Source: Chiloscyllium plagiosum (taxonomy: Eukaryota). Taken from it: DNA of 64,000 bases. Position numbers and translations under genes: made by a program. Positions 35,283 to 46,410 of the stretch are shown here, piece after piece (positions within the stretch are counted from its first letter, which is position 1; each line of letters begins with the position of its first letter). Location of the stretch: positions 9,428,064-9,492,063 of the forward strand of contig NC_057753.1 in the NCBI RefSeq assembly GCF_004010195.1, given 5' to 3'. The notes under the pieces are model-generated. The model was not told the DNA's origin and did no database searches. It saw nothing but the letters and a program-made list of their open reading frames with translations.

Positions 35283-37129
35283 CTAGAGGGGTATAGATTT
35301 AGGGTGAGGGGAAAGATTTAAAAGGGGCCTGAGGGATAACTTTTTCATGCAGACAGTGGTGCATGTGTTGAACAAGCTGCCAAAGGGAGTGGTGGAGGCG
35401 GGTACAATTACAAAGGTTAACGGCACCAGGATGGGTATATGAATCAGAAGGACTCAGGGGGATATTGGCCAAGTGCTGGCAAATGGATCACTCGATTAAT
35501 TTAGGATATCTGGTTGGTGTTGTCAGAAGGGTTTGTTTCCATGCTCTTCAACTCTATGACTCAATTTCTACACAGTTGGAACCAATTTCACAAGGCGATG
35601 AATAGGCCATTCACCCCTTACAGCCTGGTCTGAGCTGTGGCCTAACTGCACATATTTCAACATCGAAGAGTGTGGTGCTGGAAAAATCACAGCTGGTCAG
35701 GCAGCATCCGAGGAGCGGGAGAAATGATGTTGCGTATTTCAGTGCAAGTTTCAGAAAGCTGTCTGCAGCTTTTTCTTTTGAAACTGAACATGCTTTCAGA
35801 CTTTAACAATATTTCTGAATATATCATTTTAGATATTCTCAATTTTAAAGATCAGTCATTTCTTGCACACCTCAGTCATCCAGGTAGAGTCATCACCATC
35901 CATTTTCTCTATCTCCTTAGAAGGGCTTGATACAGTGATTAAAGAGGACTCAAGGCACGAGAAAGGACGGGGGCGGAGCAGTGAAGAGGAGAGAGAGAAT
36001 GGACAGGGAGGCAGATGGTTGGAGAGAGAGAGGAAATGGACAAGGGGACAGAGGATAGGGCGTAGAGAAAGACTGGGGAAACAGAGGGTTGGAGGGAGAG
36101 AATGAAGGGGAGAGAGAATGGGGAGGTGTAGAGTGTGAGGAGAGAGAGAATGGACAGAGGGACAGTGGGTGGGGGTAGAGACAGCACAAATCCCACCATG
36201 CCCAGGACCAGTGGAGATGTCCCATGAACTGGAACCCACTGCTCCCACAGCAGACTTTGGGCAATCATTTCTCAACATACATGTGGCTAAGGCAGTGGAA
36301 TCATTTAATCCTTACAGAACATTTGGCCCATCAAATTCACAAACAGCATCCCACCCAGAACAACAGCTTTGCAGTTCCCCATGGCTAACCCACCCAAACC
36401 TGTCCATCCCTGAACACTTTAGCATGGCTGATCCACCCTAACTTGCATATCTTTGGACTGTGGGAGGAAACCTGGAATTAACCCACACAGACACAAGGGT
36501 GAGAACATGCCAAAGTCCACACAGGCAGTTGCCTGGGTCTCTGGCACTTGAGGCAGCAGTGCTAACCACTGAGCCACCATGCTTTGAGGTTCTTCTAACT
36601 TCTCCTGCGCCCTCAGCAGAGAGCCTGACATTGTTGGACCACACCCACTGCAATCTCCCTTTCCCACTTCTCCAGCTCTGAACACATCAATTCTCGAATC
36701 CTGGAGCCAGACAGACACCAATACCATCTGGCCTCCTGCTGCCAACTGCAGAGAACGGTGACAATCCCTGTCACTATTCTGTTCCTTCCCACCACCTCCC
36801 CAACGTTGTTCTTACTCCCACCACCCAGCCAGTTAGCTCCTCCCCCCGCAGCCCTCTCTTAGGTGCCCTTTATCTGTCTGACCTGGACTCACACCCTCCT
36901 GACCCTGTTCACTGACCCAGTCAGAAGGCTCTGTCTGGAGAGGAATGACCATCTCCCAGAATAAAGTCTCCGGTTAACTTTCCCCCTTTCCCCCAATGTG
37001 TCTGCAGCCCGGCTTCCAGCTGCATCTCTTTGAGCCGAAGGTCCTGCAGCATGAATTTGCCCTGGAAATGGAAAGACAAGTCCCATCCTACACTCTCCAA
37101 TGTGTGTTGTGTAACTGCTTCATCGTTTC

Positions 37130-37930
37130 TAGTGGCTGAACAGAGGCTGATAGCCAAGTTCATAACCCATGAGAATGACCTCAACTGGGACCGTGGGTTC
37201 ATGTCACACTGCAGGTAACACCACAACATTATACAAGCCGTATCACTCACTCACGCAGATCCTCTCCCATACACACTCTCTCTCAAACACACATGCGTAC
37301 ACCCCCCACATTCACATGCTTATATTCCATCACACACGTTACCAAGCATGCACACTCACAAACACACACTCTCTGTCACACATGCACATCCATAAGGATG
37401 AATTTGCATTTGCAGATTCATTGAACTTTGCTCAAAAAGTGCACAATCTTCAGGCAGAAAATACATGTAATAGTTTATAAATTCCTACTTTGGAAACAGA
37501 GCCAGTCTGATTCAAGATTGGGATACAGACTGCCTGCGTGGAGTTTGCACATTCTCCTCATGTTTGTGTGGGTTTCCTCGAGGTGCTCCGGTTTCCTCCC
37601 ACAGTCCAAAGATGAGCAGGTCAGGTGAATTGGCCATGCTAAATTGTCCATAGTGTTAGGTGCATTAGTCAGAGGGAAATGGGTCTGGATGGGTTATTCT
37701 CCAGAGGGTCGGTGTGGACTGTTTGGGCGGAAGGGCTTGTTTCACCACTGTAGGGAATCTAATCTAATATCATTATATAATTTCAGTTGCTTGACACTGA
37801 TCATTTGCTATGTTTTCTGTGTTGTGATCATGCTCCATAGCTTACCCAATGAATGAGCAGCGCTCCGAAAGCTTGTGTTTCCATATAAATCTGTTGGACT
37901 ATAACCTGGTGTTGTGTGATTTTTAACTTG
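37130..37930 (+). mobile_element. PLE (family 2) 3' fragment with nested HE1 piece
   Basis: AEQRLIAKFITHENDLNWDRGFMSH (GIY-YIG C-terminus), CA-rich UTR, decayed hammerhead gagcagcgctccgaaagct at about 37855. Confidence 0.75.
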
Positions 37931-38242
37931 GTTTCTCATGAATACAGCCCACACCTCCCGTTTCTTTCAGTAAACTTTACAATGCTGAGGAAACGATGAA
38001 CCTGCAGACCTGAAAAATTTAGTCTCTAATGATATTAACTACTCATTCACTGCTCTGTCTCATACACAACATTGGAAACTTAGTGCTGGAAACAAGTTTT
38101 AAAACAAAAACCTGATGGATCTCTCAGCTTTCAATGAGAGTCAGAGCCCAGCCGTAAGTTCAGGTTCCCTTTATTGTGACCCAATTTTGTTACAGCTTCA
38201 GATCTGTAAGATCTGTTACAGATTTGTCACAGCTTCAGATTA

Positions 38243-38566
38243 GTGGGCGGCACGGTGGCACAGTGGTTAGCACTGCTGCCTCACAGCGCCTGAGACCCGG
38301 GTTCAATTCCCGCCTCAGGCGACTGACTGTGTGGAGTTTGCACGTTCTCCCCGTGTCTGCGTGGGTTTCCTCCGGGTGCTCCGGTTTCCTCCCACAGTCC
38401 AAAAGATGTGCAGGGTCAGGTGAATTGGCCATGTGAAATTGCCTGTAGTGTTAGGTAAGGGGTAAATGTAAGGGTCTGGGTGGGTTTCGCTTCGGCGGGT
38501 CGGTGTGGACTTGTTGGGCCGAAGGGCCTGTTTCCACACTCTAATGTAATCTAATCTAATCTAATC
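38243..38566 (+). mobile_element. HE1-type V-SINE, young copy
   Basis: Full length with (TAATC)n tail; absent in the paralog at about 5380. Confidence 0.92.
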
Positions 38567-38891
38567 TCCCCAGCAAAAAGATGTACGAAAAGTAACTTTT
38601 CCTTTTAAACAGCTCAACCTAAAAACGCACACATACCCCGTCCACCACTTTCTTTACTATTGGTCAGCACTGAGTTTTCCCTGTGTAACTGGATCCTTGG
38701 TACAGCCTTAGCCCGTAGGAAGTATTGCCTCACTCAGAAATTTCAGCCTATACTCTGTATCCAAGTAAGTTTCGTGCTGATTAGTTGCCGGAGGGCAGTC
38801 AAGAATCATCTGCCACGGTGGGATTCGAACCCAGAAGTCCCCGGAACTGGGTGGATTGTCCAATCGATAGTGGCATGCAGCCGTCACTCCT

Positions 38892-39045
38892 TCAATCCCC
38901 CTGCGATGGGCATGTGAACTCGCTGGCGGCTCCGCAGGTGAATGGTTTTACCTCGTTGTGAACCCACTGGTGGGTCAGCAGGCGAGAAGCATTGACGAAT
39001 CCCTGCCCGCACTCGGAGCAGGTAAATGGCTTCTCCTCATGTGCA
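38892..39045 (-). pseudogene. C2H2 ZNF remnant (ZNF-6), 1-2 fingers
   Basis: rc [37 protein letters not shown], followed by the same DeuSINE 3' module. Confidence 0.8.
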
Positions 39046-39339
39046 TCCACTGGAGCTTCTGCAAAATATTACAGGGGCTGCTTAATTGGGAATTGCCTGA
39101 AAAACCTGGGAGCGGCGTCTGCAGAGAAAAGGGAAAGAAACAGAGACTGGAGAATAAAAAGAGAGGAGCAAAAAGACAGCGGATATAAAATAGAGATGTG
39201 GGAAAGAAAGGGAGACTAAAAAGAGACAGAAATAACCTGATTCCACCTGCCTCTTAGCCCATATCCCTCCAAACCCTTTCTATTCATGCAATTATTAAAT
39301 GTTTATTATTTAAATTATTCATGTCTCTTAAATGTTGTC

Positions 39340-40450
39340 ATAGAAATGAAGAGTCTGGAAACAGACCCTTCGGTCCAACCCGTCCATCCCAACACAATGT
39401 AGTCCTACCTACCAGCACACCGCCCATATCCCTCCAAACCTTTCCTATTCATATACCCATCCAAATGTCTCTTAAATGTTGCAATTGTACCAGCCTCCAC
39501 CACTTCCTCTAGTAATTCATTCCAGACACGTACCACCCTCTGCGTGAAAAAGTTGCCTCTGAGGTCTCTCTTATATTTTTCCCCTCTCACCCTAAACCTA
39601 TGCCCTCTAGTTCTGGACTCCCCGACCCCAAGGAAAAGATTTTGCCTATTCACCCAATGCATGCCCCTCAATTTTGTTAACCTCTATAAGGTCACCCCTC
39701 AGCCTCTGAAGCTCCAGGGAAAACAGTCCCAGCCTGTTCAGCCTCTCCCTGTAGCTCAGATCCTCCAACCCTGGCAACATCCTTGTAAATCTTTTCTGAA
39801 CCCTTCCAAGTTTCACAACATCTTTTCAATAGGAAGGAGACCAGAATTGCACGCAATATTCTAACAGTGGCCTGTACAGCCGCAACATGACCTTCCAATA
39901 AAGGAAAACATACCAAACATCATCTTCACTATCCTATCTACCTGCGACTCCACTTTCAAGGAGCAATGAACCTGTACTCCAAGGTCTCTTATGCAAACCA
40001 CACTGTAAAAAAGAAAAAAATTGCCCTTCATGTCTTTTTAAATTCTCTTCCCTCTCGCTTTAAAAATAAAACCTTAGTCTTAGAATCACTTGTCCTAGCG
40101 AAAAGACAGTATTAACCCTATCAATACCTCATTATTTTATAGTCTCTAATGTCTCAATCTCCTACAATTCAGTAAACTAAATCCTGGCCTATCCTACCTC
40201 TCCTTATAACTCAAACCCTCCATAACCAGCAACATCCTGGTAAATCTCTTTAGAACCCTCTCCAGCTTAGTAATATTCTTTGTATTATATTAGCGGGCAG
40301 AACTAAACTCAGTCCTACAGAAGAGGCCTCACCAATATCCCATAACGTCTCAACTCCTACACTCAAAGGACTGAGCAATGAAGACTTAATGTCTTTTTTA
40401 ATGATCCTGTCTATATGTGATGCAAACTTCAAACAATTATGTTGCTGAAC
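39340..40450 (-). mobile_element. CR1/HER1 3' fragments
   Basis: GESRTRGHRFRVRGEKYKRDLRGNFFTQRVVRVWNEL. Confidence 0.88.
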
Positions 40451-41741
40451 CCAAAAGGCAGAAGAGTGGGAGTGGAACAGAAGAAGAAAGAGAGACAGAG
40501 AGTGATCGAGAAAAGGGGGCAAAAGGTCAGAGAAACAGACAGAAGTTAAGGAAAGACATGGAGAGACTAAGGAAGGGACACCATTCCAATGGGTCCGAGT
40601 TTCTCTCTGGTTTCACACACTCCTTCTCACCCATGAGGGACAGACTCTGCTCCTGGAGTCTGCTTCAGTCTAGATGGTTCAGGGAGGGTGTGGGGGTGAT
40701 GGAGGGTGGCTAATCGATCAAAACTGGCAGAGATTCCAACAGTATCCACACTCATTCATTCACACAGAGAAACCCTCCTGCTCCATCCACATGGCAAAGG
40801 GAACTATGGCTGACAGGACCTACTTTAAATACCTTCGGGTCTACCACTTAAAGACCCCTCTGTATCGAAATCTCAGCTCATCCAGTCAGCTCCTTTTACC
40901 TCGAGCATACCTCCCCTAGGGATGCAGCATTGCAAGAGTCATCTTTGTGAGCTGAGAGGAGGAAGGGAGCAGCTCAATAGTTTCGTCCAAACTATCTGTC
41001 TGTCTGTCCCTCTCCTCCCTCCCCCACCTCCTCACCTCACACACAGATTCCGGACTTAAAATCCATCCAGAGACAAAGCTGCATTTTCAAAACAGCAGCA
41101 GCCACAACACGTTCATTTAGACAACAGAATGCAGTCTTCTGCACCAATGGACACACATATTTCACAAGAAAATACAAGGATTTTTCACACAAATGAACAC
41201 AACATTGTGTATTTCTCTGTGGACAGGTTTGTAAAAGTCAGTAATTCTGTGTCTCACTTTGTCTGTATTACGCTTCCGACTCTGTGTAAATGTCTGTTTT
41301 TCTGTGTTGGTGTGACCATCTCTGCAAGCAATGGGACACAGTCCATCTTGGAGGGAAGTTTGAGTGTGTCTGTGTATGAATGACAAACTCTGTCTGCAAT
41401 GGCACACACTGTCCCAGAAGCAGGTGTCTGAAAGTCTCATTACAGCTATCCGTGAAACTGATTTTGTGCCGGTGTGTGTCCGTGTGTTTGTATGTGCCCA
41501 GCTCTGCCTGCAATGGGACAAACTTTGACAGAATGAATTTTTAAAAGTGTGATGAATCAAAGTTAGGGTTTCTCTCTCTATGAGAAGTAACACAATGCCT
41601 ACCCATGTGATATCACAAGCGCCCACGTTTCCCTGTTCCACTGCATCTGTTTCCTTGGCCTCCTGGGGAAACTGGGTGGAGGGGTGGTTCCATCAGAATT
41701 TTGTTGAGAATAGCAGCAGCAGCACACAGCTGCCTGCAGTC

Positions 41742-42345
41742 AAGCGTGAACTTGCTGGTGTCTCAGAGGGTGAGATGACTGAGTAATCCTTTCCCATAAA
41801 AGCAGCAGGTAGCAGCTTCTCACCGGCGTGTATTCGGTGGGGTTTCAGAAGGTGTTTTGAATGGACAAATCATTTCCCACACACAGAGCAGGGGAATGGC
41901 CTCTCTCCAGTGTGAACGTGTTTGTGTATCAGCATTTCATGTCTTCGTTTAAAACTTTTCTCACAGTGTGAGCATTTGAAAGGTCTCTCATCAGTGTTAA
42001 CCAGTTGGTGTGCCTAGAAGTTGATAACTGGGAAAATGCCTTGTCACATCAGAGCAGGGGAATGGCCTCTCCCCAGTGTGATCGCACTGGTGTGTCAGTA
42101 GGTAGGATGAGTCACGGAATCCTTTCCCCCACACAGAGAAGATGAATGGCCTCTCCCCCCTGTGAGTGCATTCATGTTTCTCTAGGTCAGGTAATTGAAT
42201 CCCTTCCCACAAACAGAGCAGATGAATGGCTTCTCCCTCGTGTGACTGCATCAATGAGACTTCCAGCATGGATGGGCATTTGTATCCCTTCCCACAGTCT
42301 GCACATATCCATGGTTTCTGCAGTGCTGCTGTGCTCATATCTGTC
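41742..42345 (-). pseudogene. C2H2 ZNF pseudogene (ZNF-7), divergent subfamily, about 7 fingers
   Basis: [68 protein letters not shown]; frameshifts and stops. Confidence 0.88.
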
Positions 42346-42404
42346 CATATTGGACGATCAGCTGACTCCTTCACCCAGACACAGGACCGGGTCAATAAAT
42401 TTAT

Positions 42405-42723
42405 AGAATCCCTACAGTGTGGGAACAGGCCTTCGGCCCAACAAGTTCACACCAATCCTCTGAAGGGTAACCCACCCAGACCTATTCTCCTACACCATTA
42501 CTCAACATTTACCCCTGACTAATGCACCTAACCTGCACATCTCTGAACACTATGGGCAATTTTACATGGCCAATTCACCTAACCTGCATGTCTTTGAATT
42601 GAGAGGGGAAACTGGAGCACCCAGAGGGAAACAACACATACCCAGGGAGAATGTGCAAACTCCACACAGACAGTCGCCCAAGGCTGGAATTGAACCCAGG
42701 TGCGTGGTGCTCTGAGGCAGCAT
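42405..42723 (-). mobile_element. HE1-type V-SINE
   Basis: rc V-domain ctgtgtggagtttgcacattctcc; head truncated by a PLE hairpin (42725-42903). Confidence 0.85.
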
Positions 42724-43714
42724 CAGTTTCGAGTGTGGGGTGCTGGAAAAGCACAGGTCAGGCAGCATATGAGGCACAGAAGAATCAAAGTTTCGGGCAG
42801 AAACCCTTCATCAGGAATATCAGCCTTATGCCTTAAGCGTGGATTCTCCTGAGCCTCCGATGCTGCCTGACCTGCTGTGCTTTTCCCGCACCATACCCTC
42901 GACCCCATGTCAGTCCAAGACCAGCTCCTCCACAGTTTCTAATGAACACAGCCCACACTTGCCAGTAAACTTTACAATGCCAATGAAATGATGCAAAACC
43001 TGTACTCCTGAAAAATTTACAATTTCTAACGTAACTAGCTACTCATTCATTGCTCCTTCTGAGACGTGACATTGGAAACTTAGCACAGGAGGCTGAAAGA
43101 AATGAGCAGTTTTAAAACAGAAACCTTTTGGATCTCACAGCTTTCAATGAAAGTCAAGAGTGTGGTGCTCAAAAAGCACAGGAGGTCAGGCAGCATCTGA
43201 GGAACAGGAGAATAGATGTTTCGGGCAAAAGCCCTTCATCAGGAATGAGGCTCGGAGTCTCTGGGCTGGAGAGATAAGCCAGAGTCCAGCAGTAAGTTCA
43301 GGAAACTTTATTGCGACCTTCAGACTTCCCTAGCAAAAGGCGTACAAAAACAGCTCAACCCCACGCCCCCACAACCAGTCTGGAGTCACAGACTGGTTAA
43401 AAGATGCAGCTGGATGCAAGGACTGCAGATAGTGCTGGAAAAGCACAGCAGGTCAGGCAGCATCCTAGGAGCAGGAAAATCAACATTTCGGGCAAAAACC
43501 TTCACCAGGAATAGAGCTGGGACTACTGAGTGAATCATTTCTTGCAAAGTCAGTTTCCTTCTCTAAAAAGGACATGGTTTCATCAGTAGATTCAGAACTC
43601 CACATTTCTGAGCAAATTCCAATTCCATCATCTGCTGCAGTGGGATTCGAACCCAGGAGCCCCTGGAACTGGGTTGATAGTCCGGTTGCTAATGGCACTC
43701 GGCTGTCGCTCCTT

Positions 43715-44152
43715 CAATGGCACGTGAACACGCTGGTGCCTCTGCAGGTGGGAGGACTGGGTAAAGCCCTTCCTGCACTGAGAGCAGGTGAATGGCTTCT
43801 CCCCGGTGTGAACCCGTTGGTTGGTCAGCAGTGTAGATGACCGAGTGAACCCCTTCCCACACACACAGCACGTGAATGGCTTCTCTCCCTTGTGGATCCG
43901 CTGGTGGACCGCAGGCTGGAAGAATCGATGAATCCCTTCCCGCACTCTGAGCAGGTGAATGGCCTCTGCCCAGTGTGGACCCACTGGTGGGTCTGCAGGG
44001 TGCACAATCGAATGAAGCTTTTCCCGCACTCTGAGCAGGTGAATGGCCTTTGCCCTGTGTGAATGCGTCTGAGTTTCCAGCACCGATGGATAAAGGAATC
44101 CTTTCCCACAGTCCCCACATTTCCATGGCTTCCCCATGGGGGGAGCTTTCAT
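43715..44152 (-). pseudogene. C2H2 ZNF pseudogene (ZNF-4), about 5 fingers
   Basis: [22 protein letters not shown], frameshift, [14 protein letters not shown] twice, frameshift, [49 protein letters not shown]. Confidence 0.9.
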
Positions 44153-45029
44153 TGTGTTGCTCTGGGTTTGAAATTACAAAAAGAAAATTACAAAAAAATT
44201 ACACAGTCTGTCCCCACCGTGAGGGGTGAGATCTTAATCCTCCAAGCTAAGTAAATGGTTTGAAGCACTTTTCACAGTCGGCACACTGAATCTCTTTCAC
44301 TCGGGTGGCTCAGTATTCTTCCTGCCACCCGTGTCCAAAATCTCTCAAGCAGACAAAAGCAATGAATCAAGTGGCTCCTTCAGAAGTTGATGTCTCACTT
44401 GCTTTCAGATTTCTTTCCCCATATCTTCCTGCAAAAATAAATTAATAAAAGTGATCACTGTCAGTACTGTTAAACAAACATAACATAGGTGGCAATTCCT
44501 ATAGATTGCCAGATGCCTGCTGATCACACATTATCCAGGAAAAAGTAACCTGAAAACCCTCATGCAGCCAGCTAGCCTTAAATGAAGATTTCCTCATACA
44601 CACGTAAGTGACAATGACCTGGAACAAGCTGCCTACAAAGGTGCTGGAAATGAAGCTGAATCAAGGACGTGATAATGAAATATCAAGGCTGCTTGAGAAA
44701 AGAAAGCCAGTAAAGTTGCTGAATGACTTCCTGCTGTCCTATTAAATAAAAAAGATCAGGAATCCAGGACGTAAGTCCATTACTACCTTAGAAGGTGAAG
44801 AATAATTGCAAAGAAGCTTTTACAACAGACAATAATATCAGGATATACAGAAGCAACACACGTCTCCATTTTATATCAGTGGCGCCAATCCCTTAAAAGC
44901 TGCTGAGTTCCATGAAGAACTACCTTTTTAAATTGTGAACACGAGGAAAGAAGCAATCTTTTTCTTGGGCGCAAACTGTATACGTGCCAAACTGAGGGAC
45001 CACACAATAAAAATACCTTTGAGAGGGAC

Positions 45030-45490
45030 AGAGAGCACCTGCTCTCTGCTCCCTCCCTGGATTCACTCCAGTTGCTACAAGTTGTCCCCTCCCTCCCAGG
45101 ACGAGGAACGGAAAGGAGGACATATTGCTTTGCTCCCAGACGTTGCCCAGAGGGAGGGAGTTTCACTCTGAAACTGGCAGGGCTACTTCCGCGTTGTGAC
45201 ATCCACAATACTGGGCGGGGTGGACAATGGACCCTCAGTGCGCCCGCGATGCTCTGCAGCTGAGGCACGTGAGGAGGGGAGGACACTTTGCAAACTCCCT
45301 TAGCTCTTCTCGAAGTCAATGAGGCTTGAGTTCAAACAAAGCACGGGGTTTAATTTTAGCCTCACACTCACAGAAAACCACGTCCTCCATGAATCCAACA
45401 CTTGACTCCCCCTCCAGTCCATGGAAATAGCAATTTTTGAGACTCCAGAGTTGGAGTTGCTACGAAACCTGTAGGGGATTTAGTAGAAAC
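45030..45490 (-). promoter_or_regulatory. Type-B promoter / exon 1 of ZNF-4
   Basis: rc gatgtcacaacgcggaagtagccc (ETS), GC box gggcgggg at about 45213. Confidence 0.55.
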
Positions 45491-45734
45491 AGTTTATTTT
45501 ATGAACCATTTCAATTCAACCCCATCCTTGCCATTCAAATACTAATTTTACACAGCGGATGGTTCATGTGTGGAATGAATTTCCTGAGGTGGATGCGAGT
45601 ACAATTAAAAGACATTTGGATAAGTACATGCATAGGAAAGGGTGGGAGGGATACAGGCCAGGAGCAGGCAGGATAGACTAGTTTAATTTGGTTGGCCAGG
45701 TCTGTTTCCATACTGTGAAACTATAGCAGATTCA

Positions 45735-46410
45735 TAGTTTCTTTGAAGTGGAGTCACAGGTAGACAGGATCGTGAAGATAGTTTGTACACTTGGCTTTAT
45801 TGCTCAGAGCATTGAGTACAGTTGTTGAGAGGTCATGTTGTGGCCTTACCAATGTCGTGTACAGCCACTTTGGGAAGAGTGCATTTGATTCTGGTCTCCC
45901 TGCTACAGGATAGGAAGGATGCTGTGAAACTTGAAAGGGTGTAGAAAAGATTGATAAGGATGTCACCAGGTTTGGAGGATTTGTGGTACAAGGAGAGGCT
46001 GAATAGGATGTGACTGCTTTCCCTGGATTATCGGAGGCTGAGGGGTGATCTTATCAATGTTTATACAATCATGAGGGACAGGGATAGGGTAAATGGGAAA
46101 GGTTTTTTCCCCAGGGTGGGGAAAGTCCAGAACCAGAGGGCATAGGTTTCAAGAGAGGAGAAAGATTTTGAAGGGAACGAAAGGGCAACTTTTTAACACA
46201 GAGGGTGGTGCGTGTATGAAAATGGGCTGTCAGAGGAAGTGGTGAAGGCTGATGCAATGACAACATTTAAAAGTCATCTTGATTATGTGAATAGGTAGGG
46301 TTTGGAGGGTTGTGAGCCAAATGCTGGCAAATGGAAATGGATTTATATAGGATATCTTGTCAGCATGGATGTGTTGGATCGAAAAGTCTATTTCCGTGCT
46401 GTATATCTAT
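45735..46410 (+). mobile_element. CR1/HER1 3' fragment
   Basis: ggctgaggggtgatcttat..aactttttaacacagagggtggtgcgtgtatg. Confidence 0.85.

Noticed and set aside
35940..36185. Purine-rich tract with long ORFs on both strands
   Set aside because: Low-complexity GA sequence explains the absence of stops.
40832..40952. LDELRFRYRGVFK as a possible ancestral KRAB (PRDM9/SSX-like) exon
   Set aside because: Similarity is too weak and the frame has stops; cannot be supported without a profile search.
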